Position numbers and translations under genes: made by a program. From Laetmonice hystrix (Eukaryota), in the NCBI GenBank assembly GCA_965235115.1, contig OZ249441.1:13454001-13518000 (forward strand): 64,000 bases of DNA, given 5' to 3'. This document shows, piece by piece, positions 26,101-38,100 of the stretch; positions within the stretch are counted from its first letter, which is position 1; each line of letters starts with the position of its first letter. The notes below the pieces were generated by a model. That model searched no databases and was not told the DNA's origin. It saw only the letters and a program-made list of their open reading frames with translations.

Positions 26101-29100
26101 CCCCCACACCCACACCCACACCCACCCCCACCCCCACCCCCACACCCACACCCCCATACCCACACCCATCCTCCGCCCCCTCTCTCTGTCTCTCTCTCCC
26201 AGCTAAGATTTCATTAACGTTCAAATTCAAACCGGCATGACGAGTACTACAGATATTACAATTATACGAGACTTACCTTGGTAAAGGTTGAAGTAGAATT
26301 AGGATTTTACCGAGGACAACACATAGTGTTGTAGGGAATAGATGAGAAGGTGAGCGCCGGTAGCTCGACACGTCAGACTTTAGCGGGAGCGATAAGGAAG
26401 CCTTATTCCTAACCCTAACAGTTACTCAAGAACTTAATCCTATTGAGACATGTGTATCAATTTACCTTTAAACCTCCGCCAGTGTTTAAATAGGGCGGGA
26501 AGGGTGGGCATCTATTCCCTACAACACTATGTGTTGTCCTCGGTAAAATCCTAATTCTACTTCAACCTTTACCAAGGTAAGTCTCGTATAATTGTAATAT
26601 TTTCCCGAGGACAACACTACGTGTTTCCGGAAATAGATGAGATGTTTAGAGCAGACCGGTAAGGTCAAAGGCTTCCTTCATCGCTCAATAAATAACAAAC
26701 TCCTTCAATTCATTTTATTATTTTATTTAGACCATGCCCAACACTGCTTCCGCTACTGAGCCAGCGTCTTTATCTAAATCCTTATTATAATAAGTTGCGA
26801 AGGATTGTGCATTTTTCCATCCTGCCTGTTTAAGGATCTGGTTAACCGAGACCCCTATCCTATTAGCTGCCGAAGCAGAGGCTCCCCTGGTGGAATGACT
26901 TTTGTATTTAGACGTATCAATCCCAGCCTGGGTCAAAACTTGTAGTGTCCATCTGGCCAACGTATCTCTCGAGATCGGTTTGTGAGGTGGCCGAAAACTT
27001 AACAATAACTGCGTTTCTCCCTTTCTCAGTTTTTTCTGTCCTTTGCACATACTCTTTCAATGTTCTCACGACACATAATCTAAGACATTTGCCATACGGC
27101 CTTAATAATAAGGAATCTAGTGGATCCCCCAGTCTGTTGTGTTTTAGCAAAGTTTTCATTTTAAACACAACCACATCAGCTATATCCATATTTCCCAGAT
27201 CCAAGTTCACTATGGTTTGCCCTCTCTGTGACGTTACCAGTAATAACAACACAGTCAGTTTATGTGTCAACAACTTTAAAGATAATGTCGAACTATGTCC
27301 CCAACTCTTGAAAAGCCTTAAGACTTTACCCACGTCCCAAAAGGCTGAATATTTTGCGGACGGTGGATTCCTCTCATAAACTCCTTTCAATAACCTACAA
27401 ACCAGCGGATGCTTTCCCAGCTGATATCCTTCATACTGTGGTAATATTATAGATAACGCCGATCGTTTCGTATTGATGGCCCCATAGCCGAGGCCCTGCT
27501 CAGACAACAGCACAAAAAACTTACATACCTCCTGTAGTGTTGGTTCTAATAATCTTATTTTTCGTTCTACACAGAACGTCGCCCACTTCTTCAAATAGGT
27601 AGTATACACCTTTTTTGTACTAGGTCTCCAAGAGTCCAAAACTAGTTTAACTGTCTTTAAATCAAACCCTTTCTTCATAAGTTGTTTGGCCAAAAAAGGA
27701 AGGCCACCAACGGGCACTTGCTCATGAAGTCTACTTTGTTTGGGTTTCCTCGAGGTATGAGATTCCCCTTCCGAGTCCTGAAGAGTAGCCTCCTTTTTGC
27801 TACCTTTGACACAGTGGCATACCAGGCCTGTGACGGCCACAACGGGGCCACCAGTATTGCCCTGCTGTTTTCCATCCGGAGTTTGCTGACTACTCTCCCC
27901 ATCAAACTGAAAGGAGGAAAAACATACAAGAAGTTATGACTCCAATCCAGCGAAAAAGCATCAAATTTCCATGCTCCTGGATCTGGTCTTAAAGACACGT
28001 ATTTTGGTATCTTTTTATTTAACCTGGACGCGAAGAGGTCCACGTCAGGCATACCGAAAATCCTACATATCTTTTTGAAAATTGCATCATTCAATTCCCA
28101 TTCAGACTCGTCATTAAACTTCCTTGAATTCAAGTCAGCTCGAACATTACTTACTCCAGGAATGTGTGTGATCGTAATCCAGTTTTCCTGAGCCTCAGCC
28201 CAGTCCCAAATATTCTGAGCTACCTGATTACATTGCTCAGATTTCACTCCTCCCATATTCTTAACATAAGCTAACGCTGTCGTACTGTCAGTCATAACCT
28301 TTATATGTATTCCTGGTTCTCGACATAGACTTTGAAGGCCAAAAAAGATTCCAGTCAATTCCAATACATTGATATGTTTAGTCTGTTCAAATGGAAACCA
28401 TCTGCCTCCAGTTTCTAGGGGGCCTCTGAGAGCCCCCCAGCCAAGCTCAGACGCATCCGTTTCGATCTCTACATGTGGAGCTGGGAATCTTATTTTCCTG
28501 ACTGTCGACAAATGACGCAGCCACCACGTTATATCTTGTTTAGCCATTTCTGACACTACCATAAGTCCATCAAAATCTCCTCTATTCTCTGCCAACGCCT
28601 TATTCTTGTCTATCTCTAACCACTTAATGTGAGCTCCCCCATATTGAACAGCTGGGGCATAAGCTACCATTAAACCAATTAAACCCGAAACCTCTCGGAT
28701 ACTAAGTTTATCTTTGTCCAGAACTTCTGTGGCAGCACGTGCAAATTTTTCTCTTTTTTCTGATGTAAGTGAGACTGTCATATCTACAGAATTCAATTGA
28801 AAACCTAAAAACACTATGTCTTGTCTCGGTTCAAAAACGGACTTCCGAGGGTGAATATGAAACCCTAGATCCTGTAACATCTCACATAATTCCTTAATTG
28901 ATCCACTACATTCATCAAAAGAATCTGCTACAACAAAAGAATCATCTATGTACGGAAAACATTCATGTCCGTTTTCCCGTAAAACCGAGAAAGGTGGCAC
29001 TAACAATTTTGTGAATAGTCTGGGTGCACAAGACAACCCGTTTGGCATACCCACATATTCATACAAGTCCCCTTCAAAACAAAAGCGTAAAAATTTTCTG

Positions 29101-32100
29101 TGCTTTTCTTTTACGAGTACGCTGTAAGCATGAGTCAGATCAACTGACCCCATCCAGACTCCCGGTCTCATTAAGTCCAAAGCAGTCTGAAGCGAAGTCA
29201 TTTTAAAATGTTCGTACTGAACAAACGTATTTAATAAGGTCAAGTCCAGAATTACCCTGTGCCCTACCGGTTTGGGTCTAAGGAACACGTTAGAAATAAA
29301 CTGACCCGGTTCTGGTACTGCTGACTGTCTGACACCCAAGTCTAGTAATGTCTTAAGCTCCTCTCTCATAAAAACCATTTCCTCTGCCCTTAACCTGTAA
29401 GGAGGAGGTACTTTAACTTGCAGAGGTTCTCCATCCTTAAATGGTATAGTCAATCCTTGAACTACATCTATTATCCAGGGATCACTTGTCAAGCGCCCCC
29501 GCAGCTGCTGAAGCCTGTGGTCTTGGCCGAGCTCCATCACTATTCCTGTACCCCTTGAATGGTAGCCCTCTACGTCCGTGCCTATAATTGTCATATGGAG
29601 TGTAACCCAACTGGGGACGATAACCTCCATATCCATACGGATAATGGTATGGCGTCATCCTGTACGGTGGCATTCCTGTTCTGCCTTTCTTCCCTCTCAT
29701 CTGGAATTGCTTGCCAACCTTTTGTCGTTGTCCCTTCATAATCTTTTCTGACAGATTTTGAGTTGTTTCACATTGCTTTGCTGACTCCGACACATTTCCC
29801 CCAAACAGCCAGCTAGGGGAACCACCTTTAATTTTAGGTAGAGACTTTGCATAAATGCTTTGCATCCCTGATTTGATGCTGTCCTTCCTTTTAGCTTTAA
29901 TTCCATTATTCACTAGAGCCATTGCTTTCATTGAATCCAAAGCATTCCCTGCCAGTTTGTCCAGTTCAGAATCGGACTGCCCCCTGGCCAACATCAATGA
30001 CGCTATAGGTGCAAAAGCGGCGATTGACGCCACTACCTCTTTTTGCAGCTGTTTTAAACCTGCATCAACGATCTTTGTCGCCGCATCCATTCCGGCAAAC
30101 ACTTCCTCATCCACCCGTGGCACTACCAAGTGAGGGACATTTCCAGGTGGGGGATATTCCTCCATGATGCGGTCGATTTCCGAGGAAATAGGCGCCGGGT
30201 CTTCGAAAAAACATTCAATCTGTTCCGCCAAACTGGCATGAATATCTTCTCCTTTCCTATCTGCCTCCGTCCATTTATCCTTATTTTGCTTTAAAAGTCT
30301 CACCAACTTCCCCTCCGCCACCGTAACTGGATCATGAGGCTGAACACTAGCAGCCTGAGTTGCCCCCTGAACATCTGTAGACGAATCCTGTCTCACCAAC
30401 ATAGGCGGTTGTCCACCCTCCTCGTCCTCAGATATGTCAGAGTACCCCGTACTCGGGGGTCGGCTACTCGATCTGGAGTCTATTGTACTCCAATCCTCCC
30501 ATTCGGGGAAATACCCCGCCATATGTGGTTGAGGGGCAAATGGATAACCATATGGCATGTATGGCGGAAACATAGGAGGTAACGTGCAGTGTTGTCCCAT
30601 AACGTCGGCGCGTTGGGTAGGTCTAGGTGCCGTCTCAACCTTCCTGGTCATCGGTGCCTGGTCAACACGCTGCACCGAGCACCGTCACGGGTAACTGGTC
30701 ACCCTGCTGTACCGAATGCTCATACCGTTGCGAATCGACACCTTCCATATCCACTGCCTGTGGTGTGGACACGGTCTCTTCCACTGCAGTACACGCAGTC
30801 TTTTTTGTTTTTGGCTTATTTGCGGCTTTTATTTCACTTTTCGATAGGGCTTCTGCAGTTCCCCTCGTTTTTCGTGTCTCTTTATCCGACATAACCAGTC
30901 TGAAAAAGTCAGATAAAATAAATTCAATAATAAGCCTCTGGTAACTACAGCACCAGCGCTCTATATCAGCTCACAGGCTCCCCCGCAGGACCAGCCCGGC
31001 TACTAGTATAACATGGTCTAAATGTAGTACCACTAAAATCTTAGACTGTCCCGCGGTCCAGTCTGGCTGCCCCGTCAATTATGGTGCTCTACATTGGTTG
31101 TCCCGCAGTTCAACCAAAGGCAGCTAAATTATCTTTAATCTACAATAAAAAAAAAGGCTAAACCTCCTACAATGTAGATGGTTTGCCTGTAGAGCACCCG
31201 TTTTTATTTTTTAAAAACCAAAAATGAAGAACTCACCTGTAAAAACACACGTAATCCAAATCACAAACCGCGCGAGCTGGTGTCTAGACGTGTGGTCACT
31301 TCAAGCGCTACACTCAAAACTGACGTGTCGAGCTACCGGCGCTCACCTTCTCATCTATTTCCGGAAACACGTAGTGTTGTCCTCGGGAAAATTAACTAAT
31401 ATAAGCTGACTCCAAAAGGTATCTTCAAACAGACATCTAATCCAATCGCGATATTTGGATTTCTCTCTTGTCCTTCGTATCTGCTAACTAATACAATAGT
31501 TCACTTACTGTCTGCATCTGAATGGACTAGATCTCCGTCGAGCACAAGAATCCATGTGCACTGTTACAATTGTAAGTCCAACCTGACCGGACCGGTGGGC
31601 ACATTCACATTCAAGTATGTGACACTAGGGTCTGGGCTGGAATCCCTGGACGGGATTGGTCACACTGAATGTGTGAAGGAAGACGAGGTCGGCTATTCAG
31701 ACACTTCTTCTTTTTTGCGATCCAATGCAGCAATTATTTTTAATCTAAAGCAATTGCGAGCCCTTCAAATACTTAGGACTTTCTATGGTGTCACATCCAC
31801 CTTGAAGCAAATGGTACATGTGTGTATAACCTTCGCCTTGCCCGACAATCCCTCCCACAAATCACATAGCCATCATGTGGCGCCTCGTTCTGTACGAGGC
31901 CGTTCACGGTATAATACATCATGAACCTGGTGGTTCTCACTAACCAATAATGACTACTTGAGATATTAGTGTGAACTAATGCGCTACTCACCCCAGGCAT
32001 TGTTTTAATGTTGTGCATCATGTTCTGTGCGTCTAAGGCCGCCTTCCTCGTGTAGAACGTCACAAAACAGCACCCTGCAAACAAACAATATTAAAACAAC

Positions 32101-35100
32101 TGTTACTTCAGAGAATACACAACATCGCTCAACCCCTTCTCATCGGAGACTGAGAGCTGAGTAGATGTTATGTCAAAATATAATATGTCCTTGGATGGTG
32201 TTGATTAGACGGTTGGCCTTGTGACACCAGCAGACAGCTGTAATAGAGGCAATCCTTTCACAATGTGATGAGTTGGCTTCCCGGTCAAATCTCTCATTCC
32301 GGGATGTAAACTCCTGACATATCGATTCACCTTTCAGCGCTCCACGACTGGGTAAAAACTCCCACTCATGTCACATACTCATATCTTCCCTTCTCACAAT
32401 ATATCTACTACAGGTCTAGTTCCTTGTTACAGAACATCATCAATCTTTCTTCTCGATGGTCTGAAGGAAGTCCTAATAAAATTGTTCATTTACTGGGAAA
32501 AATAGAAGCTTAAAATCAATGAAGACTTTACCCTGGTTTTACCTCAAGGAATAGGATTTTATAGATATAAAAAAAGCGGATTTCTTTAAAAGTAAAATCC
32601 AGATTAAATTCAATTCCTATTACGCCTACTGCCAGGCACTGCTTCTTCGAAAGAAAAAAATGGTTATTCTGTAGAAACTTGAAAAATGCCACTCAGAAGA
32701 TTGTATTGTCTCTGAAGGGAGACTGGCAACAGTGTTCGTTTGGACTTCGTGTTTCCGACGAAATCGTACACTTTTACTTAGGAAATCATTTTTTTCGTTT
32801 TCACCATGATGTTTATTGTTCGTCGTCAAGTGTTAACATCACTTTACGTTTTAGATGGCAACCTCTCAGACTGTCTCAGATTCTAACCGGAAGGTGAGGA
32901 CTGATGGTTGGGAGGTGACTCAACACTAACTGTATACAAACAGCTTCAAACTCAAACCAAGTCCTGCCTGGTCTATCTATTCTCTACCTGTGTTCTGGTC
33001 GGCTAACAAAGGTCCTACTTTTACCACCGCCTATTATTATCCGTTCAGGTAAAAGTTTTATTTAATGGTTCTAATGTTTGGTTCAAACAAGTCTGACTTT
33101 TATCTGTTTTTAAGTATCACCTTAGAATACATGTTGTACTTGTGGGTCGGTGATATATCGATGTTCATTACGTCCGGCAATTCAATGTCAAGCCACAGAA
33201 TTGACAACATAAATAAAGACTCGATGATAGACACATCTAACCCTTTTTTCCGAGTTCAATTTCTTAAAGCTTAAACACAGGGCATTGGAAATATAGTGTA
33301 TTTTTCATCAATGCTCTAACCCAGGTATTAGACGGTTTAATATGCCCTTTACTTCATTCATTGCCGACCCTCACTCTCCCCACCCTTGTGACACCAGCAG
33401 ATGATGCCGCGACATGTCCACATCGAGCTGGGATCACGAGACAGAGTTCATCCGGAATGGCGTGGAATATTCATAGATTCTTGTCCCTGCCTCACCTTTT
33501 CACTCCCCATGAACTCAGTCAGTCACTGCCTCGCCCTCCCCATGAACTCAGTCAGTCCCTGCCTCACCCTCACCCTCCCCATGAACTCAGTCAGTCCCTG
33601 CCTCACCCTCACCCTCCCCATGAACTCAGTCAGTCCCTGCCTCACCTTTTCCCTCTCCATGAACTCAGTCAGTCTCCACTCCCAACCTCACTGCCTTCAC
33701 GTCAACATTTGAATTTCACAGCACCTTATGTCTAGACCAGGCTGAACCACATTTTGTACGAGACCGACATTCTCACAAAAGAAAATGGGCGGTGTTTATT
33801 TTTTTTCTGTTATAACTACTGCATTCATTGTAACCATCTCATCTCAGACCCAGTGGCAAAACATCAACCAGTCATTAGTCAGCCTTGAAGAGCATCAAAA
33901 ATTTAACTGTGTTTCCAGACTATTTTTCCTAAATTTTCACATTTCCTCAGGTTCATAATCAACTTATCCTTGTCCTTTCCAGGTTCTCTACATTCATACC
34001 AGCAGAGTAGAATGCCACTTCGCCGGTCTCCCCTGATGGGGCGAGCTTCTCATCTCAACATTAAACAGTACACTAAAAACATTTAAATGTCTCTCAGATT
34101 GAAATTCACTCTTTTTTAAAGATTATGATTACAATCGTCAGACTCTGATGTGCTGTGGGACACAAATTCAGCATCTCATGAATTTACAATATTGTTAATG
34201 GGAGTTGTCAGGAGTAGTACGGTGTCAGTCCAAACCCATGCTTGGGACAACACCAAGGACAACACAGTACCAGGTGAGCCCGGTCCCTCCCCCAACCGTG
34301 AACCGGGGGGGGGGGTAATTGGGTGGTGGTGGTGGGGTAAAGGGTATATTTATAGACCCATGGCCGGGGATTCTGGGATTCCTTCATCCCATATCTTAGT
34401 GGTACAGAAATCACGCTAGATTACCCCTGAGCTCCCCCTCAAACCAGACACACTCTTTTTTAACTACAATGACCACGGCCCAAGTAACAAGTAATTGTCA
34501 CATATCAGAGCCAGTAAAACTGAAGTTGGAATGTGGAATCAAACTGCGCGACGAAATGAGAAAAGACTTCCATAATTTGCTCTCCTTTATCATTATGGCA
34601 TGTACTGAGGGCATCAGGATGGTGTTTCTGACGGCATTCTCCAGATAACCTGGCTCCACATGTTGTAATATGTCCTCATCATAGCTCGCAGTCACCATCT
34701 CCTGCTATGGCTGCTATCTGACACTAATTCACGTACAACCCGTGTAACCTGGCCACCACCATAATTATACCCTCTCGGTGGCACTGTTACAGCCAAGAGT
34801 TACAGCCTGGTTACAGCCACAGATGCCACAACCCCTGGAGTAAGGTCCGGTTTACTGCCCTGGCGCCGAATATAAGAATTTACCGCGGACAGGTCGTCGG
34901 AACTAGTGAGACGACTTCCTGTCGTCTAAAGTCGACTTCCCGACCGCCGATTGACCAATCGACTCGGCGCCCGGTAGACTGACCCAGTCGGCCAATGGTC
35001 TGACCAACGAGTATAGATTTTATACTCGTTGGTCTGACATAGTCAGCAGCCTCATCTTTAACAGTTAACAGAGATTTTCACCTGAATTCTGACAGCTCAG

Positions 35101-38100
35101 TACTTCTATGGATGGCAGAAGGGGAGCCGGACACTGCACTACAGCCTCTGCCGCGCTGGGTGACAATATTTCATGAGCTGTTTTTAGAACACCTCAGTGA
35201 AGGTCTGTCATATATAAGTTCACGAGTTTAGAAGTTGAAAGGTTTTACCAGGGTACAACAGCACAGTTTTCGTCTGGTTCGGAGAGTTACCACTAGGACA
35301 ACCACTGGTTACGGAGTCTGACGCTAGGTGCATAAACCTCACTGTCAGTCATTTATCTTGTCTGATTCATGCGATCATCTTCATTTATTGTATCCACTAC
35401 AAAAAAGGGTCATAAACAAAATGAAATGGTCATCTTTTTTCAACCACGATCACAGTAAATCTCTCGTCGAATTTATTACATGATTAATCACAACCGACCA
35501 GAACACAAGGACAAACCATCTTAAAAAACCGACCTTTACCACATACATGTCGTTCAAATAGCTTTCCAACGGTATTTCTGCTGCAACGTAAATTGCAAAT
35601 TCGGGCCCCCAAAAAATTATAAAAATGCCATTGTAAATCATTTTTTTACGGATATTCGCTGTGAAAGAACAATTATGTATACTCTACATCCTTTTATTCG
35701 ACACAATCACAACAGGATGTGGTTTCAGCTAACATTTACTTATTTCAATATACGACTCTCTGAGTTCAACGGTAACGTTTCAGCTAACATTTACTTATTT
35801 CAATATACGACTCTCTGAGTTCAACGGTAACGTTTCAGCTAACATTTACTTATTTCAATATACGACTCTCTGAGTTCAACGGTAACGTTTCAGATAACAT
35901 TTACTTATTTCAATATACGACTCTCTGAGTTCAACGGTAACGTTTCAGATAACATTTACTTATTTCAATATACGACTCTCTGAGTTCAACGGTAACGTTT
36001 CAGCTAACATTTACTTATTTCAATATAAGACTCTCTGAGTTCAACGGTAACCTTTCAGCTAACATTTACTTATTTCAATATAAGACTCTCTGAGTTCAAC
36101 GGTAACGTTTCAGCTAACATTTACTTATTTCAATATACGACTCTCTGAGTTCAACGGTAACGTTTCAGCTAACATTTACTTATTTCAATATAAGACTCTC
36201 TGAGTTCAACGGTAACGTTTCAGCTAACATTTACTTATTTCAATATACGACTCTCTGAGTTCAACGGTAACGTTTCAGCTAACATTTACTTATTTCAATA
36301 TACGACTCTCTGAGTTCAACGGTAACAGAATACAAGCGGGTGGTGTCCATGCAGCAGATGACGGTACCCCAGTTACTGATGAGGTTCATCAACATTTTGA
36401 CATATCTTATATATAACTTTTACATAAAGTAGGGGATGGGTAGTACGTCCTGGGAGCAAACTTATATTTGGAGAGAACTACTGTAGATTACCCGATATTA
36501 CTACGTATATCTGACATATTTCGTCCTAACATAGGCGTTTCTCTGGAAGTACCGTATCAGTACTGTACCATCTGTAAAATCAGCAGCAATATTCAACGAT
36601 AGAACGATAACAGCTGTTTGATATGGAGGCCCGTCTGTCCACAAACTCTTCTGATTATGGATCCTCAGAAACATTACTGGTTCCCGTTACCTATAAATGA
36701 TAGTGGAGTCGTTGCGCATTCATAATGTCACAGCACAGATTAAAGTCGCTCACTCCCACATAATATCTGGGTCAACAGAATCATTCCACATAGCCAAGGG
36801 CTCTGGCAGCTGAAGCTTACTATCGCAGGACGAATCACTCCAACCAATGTGACCGCGGTATACCACAATGCTGACCATCAGCCATAGGCCCTGGCAGCTG
36901 AAGCTTACTATCGCAGGACGAATCACTCCAACCAATGTGACCGCGGTATACCACAATGCTGACCATCAGCCATAGGCCCTGGCAGCTGAAGCTTACTATC
37001 GCGGGACGAATCAACCAATGTGACCGCGATATACCACAATGTTGACCATCAGCCATAGGCCCTGGCAGCTGAAACTTACTATCGCAGGACGAATCAACCA
37101 ATGTGACCGCGATATACCACAATGTTGACCATCAGCCATAGGCCCTGGCAGCTGAAGCTTACTATCGCGGGACGAATCACTCCAACCAATGTGACCGCGG
37201 TATACCACAATGTTGACCATCAGCCATAGGCCCTGGCAGCTGAAGCTTACTATCGCAGGACGAATCAACCAATGTGACCGCGATATACCACAATGTTGAC
37301 CATCAGCCATAGGCCCTGGCAGCTGAAGCTTACTATCGCGGGACGAATCACTCCAACCAATGTGACCGCGATATACCACAATGTTGACCATCAGCCATAG
37401 GCCCTGGCAGCTGAAGCTTACCATCGCAGGTCGAATCAACCAATGTGACCGAGATATACCACAATGTTGACCATCAGCCATAGGCCCTGGCAGCTGAAGC
37501 TTACTATCGCGGGACGAATCACACCAACCAATGTGACCGCGATATACCACAATGTTGACCATCAGCCATAGGCCCTGGCAGCTGAAGCTTACTATCGCAG
37601 GACGAATCAACCAATGTGACCGCGATATACCACAATGTTGACCATCAGCCATAGGCCCTGGCAGCTGAAGCTTACTATCGCGGGACGAATCACTCCAACC
37701 AATTGCCTACTCATGTGAAAGGTCCACTAAGACCATCTAAAACTGAAGATTGCTTGACTTTAAGGTATCAATTTGGTTCATTGTCCTTGGACCAGTAGAA
37801 GCTGCTCCCCTGGCAGGTCCATCTCAATACCGACTTGATGTAGCCAACCTGCAGACTCTCCCCCACCAGACCTATCCACCTGCCATGGTGTGGTGCTGCA
37901 AGAATTCGCACAAAACATCATTTGGTTTCACAAGAAAACAAACAGCCATCAAATGGAGCGTGCTTGCCCCAAGGTCCTTCCAGCGCCACAAGCAGCCCAC
38001 GCCCTCTCCGCCGCCCCTCACCCGACTCCTGGCCGTAGACCAGTTTTGTACCATCAGTTAGTGTTCTGAAGCCGGACAAGTTACCTATGTCGTGAATGGT

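Larger units (their letters stand above)
26253..31392 (-). mobile_element. Full-length DIRS-type tyrosine-recombinase retrotransposon (5140 bp), sense-oriented in CELF intron 2
   Basis: ORF order is gag, RT/RH/MT, YR. ITRs of 67 bp lie at 26310-26376 and 31320-31386. The internal complementary region 26509-26642 matches both termini. The ICR junction ttgtaatATtttcccg defines the ends, which share an AT core; there is no TSD. Confidence 0.95.

Noticed and set aside
26409-26419. CTAACCCTAAC, identical to the vertebrate telomerase template
   Set aside because: A single 11-mer inside the DIRS, with no supporting pseudoknot or H/ACA features; compatible with chance.
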